From an uncultured bacterium (GTDB taxonomy: Bacteria > Margulisbacteria > WOR-1 > CAVSGV01): a stretch of 32,000 nt of DNA. Location of the stretch: NCBI GenBank assembly GCA_963699255.1, contig OY969425.1, positions 780,001 through 812,000 of the forward strand. Direction: 5' to 3'. Shown piece after piece: positions 27,095 through 32,000 of the stretch. A program made the position numbers and the translations under genes. Numbering within the stretch: the first letter of the stretch is position 1; each line of letters opens with the position of its first letter. The notes under the pieces were generated by a model. That model searched no databases and was not told where the DNA came from. It saw only the letters and a list, made by a program, of their open reading frames with translations.

Positions 27095-27745
27095 TTCCCG
27101 TCCTCGCTTTCGTATTGAAGGCAGCACATAAGCCTGCCGCAAATACCGGAAGTTTTTGTCGGGCTTATGGATATCCCCTTTTCTTTCAACGCCTTCACTG
27201 ATACATGCCTTGGTTTGTCAAGCCAGGCAACACAGCAAAGCGATCTCCCGCATAGCCCAAGGCCCCCGATGATCTTTGCCTCATCCCTCGGGCTGACAAG
27301 GTGTATATCAACTTTTGCGTCAAGAGCCGACGACAGGTCTTTTTTCAGGATCCTTCGTGTTAATTCCACCTTTTTGCTCGGTAACCCTGTAGTATAAATG
27401 CACCTTCTTATCGTCAAAAAGATATTCTGCGTTGATTATCTTAATAGGGATCTCGTGCTCGCGTACTTTTTGCATCCCTATCCTCATGGCTTTTCTCTCT
27501 TTTTCATCAAGGCTCTCTATGTGTCTTAGATCCTCAGCATTCGCATATCTTATGACTTTCCGAAGTCTTACCTCGCGGTCCAGGTTCTTGGGGAACCCTC
27601 TTTCAAAGGATATGATCTGACCTGCTTCAAGGCCGCGGTCGGTCTCGACGATCACCTTGGCCCCCAATTTGATCGCTTCTTCCTTGTAGCCGGTAATTGG
27701 GCAGATCTGACCGAACTTTCTTAATCTTATGGCTAAGTTCTTAAT
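27091..27745 (-). CDS. ricT: PSP1-domain/RicT (YaaT)-like protein, reading frame interrupted
   Basis: Two ORFs form one protein. The N-part (27320-27667, extended in frame to 27745) reads (I)KNLAIRLRKFGQICPITGYKEEAIKLGAKVIVETDRGLEAGQII...YLFDDKKVHLYYRVTEQK. The C-part (27091-27417) reads KVELTRRILKKDLSSALDAKVDIHLVSPRDEAKIIGGLGLCGRSLCC...SGICGRLMCCLQYE. Break at the A5 tract around 27371-27375. Confidence 0.82.
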
Positions 27746-28526
27746 TTTTTGCCTCCTCTTGAAGGGATAAGAACATGGAATCCAGGGCGAGCCGCTTGTT
27801 GCCGTTCCGCTCTATCCCTCTCAATGCGTCAAATATCTTCCTGGCCGCCAGAATTTTCTCTCCCGACTTAAAACCGACCTTATCACTGAAGTTATACAGA
27901 ACGGAATTCAGCTTCCCCTCTACATCGGGATCAAAGCTCAGCTCTTCGGAAATGCGAAGCATTTGCGGTATGCTCATTTCCTCTATCTTTAAGATCTTCT
28001 CCGTCAGATCGTCAACGCTGTCATCGGATACTGGATTTTCATCATAAAAGATCAGCTTTTGACAGCGGGATGCGATGGTTTTAAGGATCTTGCTTTCCCT
28101 TACAGTGGTGAGTATGAACAAAATATTGTGAAGCGGCTCTTCCAGGGTCTTTAAAAAGCTGTTCGACGCCTCTTCGGTCATCTGGTCGGCGCCGTTTATC
28201 ACGATAACTTTCCATCCGGATCCCGACGGGCCGTATTTGACAAAGTCGGTGATCTGCCTTATCTCACTTATCTTGATGCTTTTATTATCACTAGAGAGGA
28301 TGAGCAAGTCGGGATGGATGCTTTTTTTGATCTTGCTGCAATTTTCGCACGGAACTTCTTCAAGGCCGCACGGAGAAATCCCCTTGGAAGTGCAGTTCAG
28401 GACCCTCGCAAAGAACGCAGCCTCATCAAGCAGGGATTTCGAGTCAGTGCCGACAAAAAGGTAAGCATTTGGTATTCTCCCGCTCGCCGCGGCACCTAAA
28501 AGGATCTTCCTTGAAATATCTTTCAA
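27741..28526 (-). CDS. holB: DNA polymerase III delta-prime subunit-like AAA+ protein
   Basis: 261-aa ORF with RIPNAYLFVG, CGLEEVPCENCSKIKKSIHPDLLIL, IKISEIRQI and GADQMTEEASNSFLKTLEEPLHNILFILTT...TIASRCQKL. Confidence 0.88.
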   Translation of the reverse strand: MKDISRKILLGAAASGRIPNAYLFVGTDSKSLLDEAAFFARVLNCTSKGISPCGLEEVPCENCSKIKKSIHPDLLILSSDNKSIKISEIRQITDFVKYGPSGSGWKVIVINGADQMTEEASNSFLKTLEEPLHNILFILTTVRESKILKTIASRCQKLIFYDENPVSDDSVDDLTEKILKIEEMSIPQMLRISEELSFDPDVEGKLNSVLYNFSDKVGFKSGEKILAARKIFDALRGIERNGNKRLALDSMFLSLQEEAKN

Positions 28527-28590
28527 ATTTCACCACCGTGGCTATATTATAACAAAAATATAATTATTTGCCTTAAATTTATAGGGGCGT

Positions 28591-28600
28591 GGGGGGGGGG
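28591..28600. repeat. G10 homopolymer tract on the + strand
   Basis: ataggggcgtgggggggggg-aactatt, between the end of the FGE-like ORF (28629) and the holB start (28526). Confidence 0.9.
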
Positions 28601-28628
28601 AACTATTAATGATGCGATTTGAGGTGTG

Positions 28629-29357
28629 TTATATTCTTTTGGGGCTTCCTTCTTTAAATTTTAGAAGAGAGCTGAAATTTACACAAAATCTCAAAAAGGA
28701 TGACAGAGGCCTGAAATATTTATACTCGACAAGACGAAGCGCGGTGTAGTAAGGAGATAAGGCGCAGTAATAATGAGTCTCGGGGTGAAGGATCATCCGA
28801 TCCGTTTCGAGCGTGGAACAGAGAACATAGGAACGCGACCCTTCAATTTTAGTTTCGGTCCATTCCCAATTATCCCCTAACAATTTATGTTTAACTGATT
28901 TGTAGGCTTTCAGCCATTCAACCTCGGTCGGGATCACGAATTCTCTGCCGGTTATCTCGTTCAGCCTTTTAACAAATGCTCTGTATTCATGCAGGTTGAG
29001 GGATGTTCTAATGTCGGCTTCCGACGGATCACCAAGAACAGATTTGTGTCGTTCGGTACCATGCCCTCTGATCTCATATTCTGTGTCTTTCATGCATTGG
29101 TTGAACAGGTCGAAAGATACTTCTACTTGCATAATTCTGTAAGGTTTTCCCCGGACGTTGATGAGTGATAATTGTGGCAAAATAATTCGGCTGTTATTTT
29201 TCTGCATCAATTTCATATTGATATCGATCCTTTCCCGGACCATATTCTCGCACGCCCGATACGCCACTTCTGAGGTGCTTAATCTGACTGATTTGCGCAC
29301 TCGCTTCATCGGACGCTCAATGACAATTTTTTTTAAATTCACGCCCAATCCCGCCAT
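28629..29357 (-). CDS. Small FGE/SUMF1 (C-type-lectin-fold)-like protein, divergent and possibly C-terminally degraded
   Basis: YRIMQVEVSFDLFNQCM, EYRAFVKRLNEITGREFVIPTEVEWLKAY and LLGDNWEWTET match the FGE pattern 'EVT...Y..F', 'W..A..F..WL...TG..YRLPTEAEWEYA', 'G.VWEW'. The tail RPLSSFLRFCVNFSSLLKFKEGSPKRI resembles readthrough. Confidence 0.6.
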   Translation of the reverse strand: MAGLGVNLKKIVIERPMKRVRKSVRLSTSEVAYRACENMVRERIDINMKLMQKNNSRIILPQLSLINVRGKPYRIMQVEVSFDLFNQCMKDTEYEIRGHGTERHKSVLGDPSEADIRTSLNLHEYRAFVKRLNEITGREFVIPTEVEWLKAYKSVKHKLLGDNWEWTETKIEGSRSYVLCSTLETDRMILHPETHYYCALSPYYTALRLVEYKYFRPLSSFLRFCVNFSSLLKFKEGSPKRI

Positions 29358-29512
29358 AGTTTTAATTCATCTCCATTAAACCTCGGAACATTTACATGGC
29401 AATATATTATCGTCAAATTTATAAATAAATTTCGCTTATTAATGATAATTGAACAAACTATATGTCTATATATGTGCGAGGTTTTAGAGGGGCGAGATTG
29501 CCTATATTTTCC

Positions 29513-31684
29513 TTAAAATATCTTTCTGGTAACATTGTAAACATCCGAAACAGATCTTATCGTTTTTATTACGCCGGACAGATGCGCTACATCCTTAACG
29601 TCAACGATCAATTTGATCATCGCCATACTGCCGCGCTTTGTTTTCACGTTAGCCGCGCTCACGTTCGTTTTTGACTCTGCTATCCTTTCAAGGATATCAT
29701 GGATAACGCCGACCCTGTCGAACGCCTCCACTTCTATCTCAACGGGAAAGGCCTGCTCAGGACCAGGATCCCACTCAACATTAACATACCTTCCGCTGCC
29801 TTCCTCCGCGCGGCTCACGTTGGGACAATCGCGTTTGTGGACCGTCACGCCTTTACCTTTCGTGACAAAACCAACGATCTCTTCTCCCGGAAGCGGCCTG
29901 CAGCACTTGGAAAACCTGATAAGAACATTGCTGGCCCCGACAACTTGAACCCCTATATGCTTCTTGCCCTGTCTGACCCTGGCAGATTTTTTTGCGGGAA
30001 TCACCGGATGTATCAGCTCATCTTCCACCGGCGCAACGCCGTGGCGCTTATCCCATATGCTCCTTATCTTCTTTGCGACAACGTAGGGTGAAAGCTCGCC
30101 ATACCCTATCTGGACCATCAGATCATCCATATTAGGAAGATTAAATTCCTTAAGCAGCGTAGCGGTGATCTCGTCCACAAGGGCTTGAGAGGGCTCGAGC
30201 ATGAATTTCTTAAGCTCCTCGTTAAGCGACGCGCAGCCTCTGCTCAGGTTCTCTTCACGTTTCTGCTTCTTGAACATGGATTTAATCTTTGTGCGCGCCG
30301 CGGAGGTCTTCACAAAATTGAGCCATCCCATGCTCGGGTTGTCGACTTTTCCGGTAATGATCTCGACAATATCCCCGTTCTTGAGCTTATAATCAAGCGG
30401 AACGATCTTACCGTTCACTTTTGCGCCGGTGCACCTGTGACCGACCTCGGTATGCACGGTATAAGCTAGATCAACAGGTGTCGATGAGACCGGAAGCGCA
30501 TGAACGGCGCCTTTCGGGGTAAAAACAAAGACCTCATCGGTAAAAAGATCTATCTTCAGGCTCTCCATGAAATCTTTCGCGTTCGAGAGGTCTTTCTGCC
30601 AGTCAAGGATGGACCGCAGCCATTCCATTTTCTGATCGAGAATGCCGGGCTTTCCGCCTTCCTTGTATCTCCAGTGCGCCGCAACGCCGTGTTCGGCGAC
30701 CTTATGCATTTCTTTCGTCCTGATCTGGACCTCGATCGGATATCCCCCGTCCCCGATGACCGTGGTATGCAGAGACTGGTATCCGTTCAGCTTCGGCATC
30801 GCTATGTAATCGGTGAAGCTTCCCGGTATCGGGCGCCAAGCCGCGTGAACGAGCCCCAGAACGGCGTAACAGTTTTTTACGGAATCAACTATGATCCTTA
30901 CCGCAAGAAGATCGTACAGGTCCTCGAACTCAAGGTTCTGGCTGACCATTTTCCTGTAGATGCTGTAAAAATGCTTCGGACGTCCGGATATTTCCGATTG
31001 TATGCTCATCTCCGATACGATCTTCCGCACTTTAGCAACAAAATCCTCTATGCGCTCTTCTCTCTCCGCCCTTCTCTGCGCCACTTTTACCCTGATCTCT
31101 TCGTACTTGTCCGGCTCAAGATACCTGAAAGCTAGGTCCTCCAGCTCCCATTTAATCCGCCATATGCCGATGCGGTGCGCCAGAGGAGCGAATATTTCCC
31201 GTGTTTCTATCGAGGTTTCTATCTGTTTTTCTCTGGGTAGGTACTGAAGCGTTTGCATGTTATGGAGGCGGTCGGCGATCTTGATCACGATGACCCTGAT
31301 ATCCTCGCCCATGGCAAGGAGCATCTTCCGGAAATTCTCCGCCTCACGCACTTCCCTTGACTCAAAGACCAGCTGGCCGAGCTTCGTCACTCCCTCTACC
31401 AGGCATGCTATCTCTTCTCCAAAATTTTCCGCTATAGCCTCTTTTGTGACTTTGCCGTCCTCGATCACGTCATGAAGAAGCGCCGCGGCGATCGTTACCT
31501 GGTCCTGTTCAATGTCCGCGAGGATCTGCGCTACGGCGAGGGGATGGATAATGAAAGGTTCGCCCGAAAGCCTTAGCTGGCCTTCGTGATGCTTTTTCGC
31601 GTATTCGAACGCCTTCTCGATCAACGATACATTGACCTGAGGATTATATGTCTTTATTTTCGCTATTAAGTTTGAACAGTCCAA
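29513..31684 (-). CDS. RelA/SpoT family (p)ppGpp synthetase/hydrolase
   Basis: 723-aa ORF: HD domain (HPLAVAQILADIEQDQVTIAAALLHDVIEDG...FGEEIACLVEGVTKLGQL), synthetase domain (GRPKHFYSIYRKM, YAVLGLVHAAWRPIPGSFTDYIAMPKLNGYQSLHTTV), TGS domain, and C-terminal ACT domain. Confidence 0.96.
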   Translation of the reverse strand: MDCSNLIAKIKTYNPQVNVSLIEKAFEYAKKHHEGQLRLSGEPFIIHPLAVAQILADIEQDQVTIAAALLHDVIEDGKVTKEAIAENFGEEIACLVEGVTKLGQLVFESREVREAENFRKMLLAMGEDIRVIVIKIADRLHNMQTLQYLPREKQIETSIETREIFAPLAHRIGIWRIKWELEDLAFRYLEPDKYEEIRVKVAQRRAEREERIEDFVAKVRKIVSEMSIQSEISGRPKHFYSIYRKMVSQNLEFEDLYDLLAVRIIVDSVKNCYAVLGLVHAAWRPIPGSFTDYIAMPKLNGYQSLHTTVIGDGGYPIEVQIRTKEMHKVAEHGVAAHWRYKEGGKPGILDQKMEWLRSILDWQKDLSNAKDFMESLKIDLFTDEVFVFTPKGAVHALPVSSTPVDLAYTVHTEVGHRCTGAKVNGKIVPLDYKLKNGDIVEIITGKVDNPSMGWLNFVKTSAARTKIKSMFKKQKREENLSRGCASLNEELKKFMLEPSQALVDEITATLLKEFNLPNMDDLMVQIGYGELSPYVVAKKIRSIWDKRHGVAPVEDELIHPVIPAKKSARVRQGKKHIGVQVVGASNVLIRFSKCCRPLPGEEIVGFVTKGKGVTVHKRDCPNVSRAEEGSGRYVNVEWDPGPEQAFPVEIEVEAFDRVGVIHDILERIAESKTNVSAANVKTKRGSMAMIKLIVDVKDVAHLSGVIKTIRSVSDVYNVTRKIF

Positions 31685-31700
31685 AACACTATTTCCTTGC

Positions 31701-32000
31701 TTATCTTCCGAAACCGCGCCTACTCGCTCTAGTCCTGTCCATTACACCTATGCTCGGCGGGATCGCAGACCTTCTTGCGGGCTGCCGATCACGCTGCGGC
31801 TGGTTCTGCTTCTCCGCACTGATCAGAGACTTATTTATGGCGATTATCTTACAGGAGTTCTCCAGACACGTCGTATACTGCAGCGCTTCAGATAGGCTTC
31901 CACCGACGGCAAAGCTCCCGAAATCCTTTATCAGCGAGATCAGATATCCGGATTTGAAAACCGGAGGAAGGAACTTTGCCAGATCCTCCGAGGACGTTCT
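31701..32000 (-). CDS. C-terminal part of an unidentified ORF running off the right edge
   Basis: Open minus-strand frame RTSSEDLAKFLPPVFKSGYLISLIKDFGSFAVGGSLSEALQYTTCLENSCKIIAINKSLISAEKQNQPQRDRQPARR...GFGR* ending at 31701. Coding status is uncertain. Confidence 0.3.
   Translation of the reverse strand, partial: RTSSEDLAKFLPPVFKSGYLISLIKDFGSFAVGGSLSEALQYTTCLENSCKIIAINKSLISAEKQNQPQRDRQPARRSAIPPSIGVMDRTRASRRGFGR

Noticed and set aside
27320-27667. ricT halves as two separate genes
   Set aside because: Their combined translation matches one PSP1/RicT protein end to end, so they are reported as one interrupted gene.
28629-29357. Diversity-generating retroelement target cassette
   Set aside because: An FGE-like fold is suggested, but no reverse transcriptase, template repeat or variable-repeat pair was found in the window.
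1-32000. Defence island, phage or toxin-antitoxin system
   Set aside because: No nuclease, reverse transcriptase, integrase, transposase, toxin-antitoxin pair or phage structural gene was recognised; the gene content is mostly core metabolism, translation and envelope.

Overview
This 32 kb window looks like an ordinary housekeeping region from a bacterium with a Gram-negative-type envelope. The GC content is moderate, and an uncultured-lineage or MAG-like origin is only an inference. The minus strand carries a SurA/PpiC-like N-terminal fragment, purH-purN-purM-purF, a YjbQ-family gene, proS, an orphan gene, glyS, glyQ, and an AT-richer three-gene cassette (unknown 257-aa protein, COG4627-like methyltransferase, radical SAM/SPASM protein). 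The plus strand carries a FmdB-type zinc ribbon gene, trpD, lptB and an lptF/G-family gene. The minus strand then resumes with a beta-barrel-like orphan, lnt, a putative lipoprotein, an lptD-like gene, a large TPR protein, lptF/G, rpsU, a HIT protein, ricT/yaaT (apparently frameshifted, with no canonical start codon), a holB-like gene, a small FGE/SUMF1-like gene and relA/spoT. The observations most worth a second look are: (1) the radical SAM/SPASM + methyltransferase + unknown-protein cassette; (2) two A/T-rich imperfect-palindromic intergenic elements that run into coding sequence, one encoding the GlyQ C-terminal tail and the other almost the whole signal peptide of a lipoprotein in the lptD operon; (3) ricT, whose conserved N-terminus begins at an ATT codon behind a strong Shine-Dalgarno and whose frame breaks at an A5 tract; (4) the accessory-looking gene between lptG and lnt, flanked by short near-direct repeats. 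No CRISPR array, transposase, integrase or RNA gene was identified.
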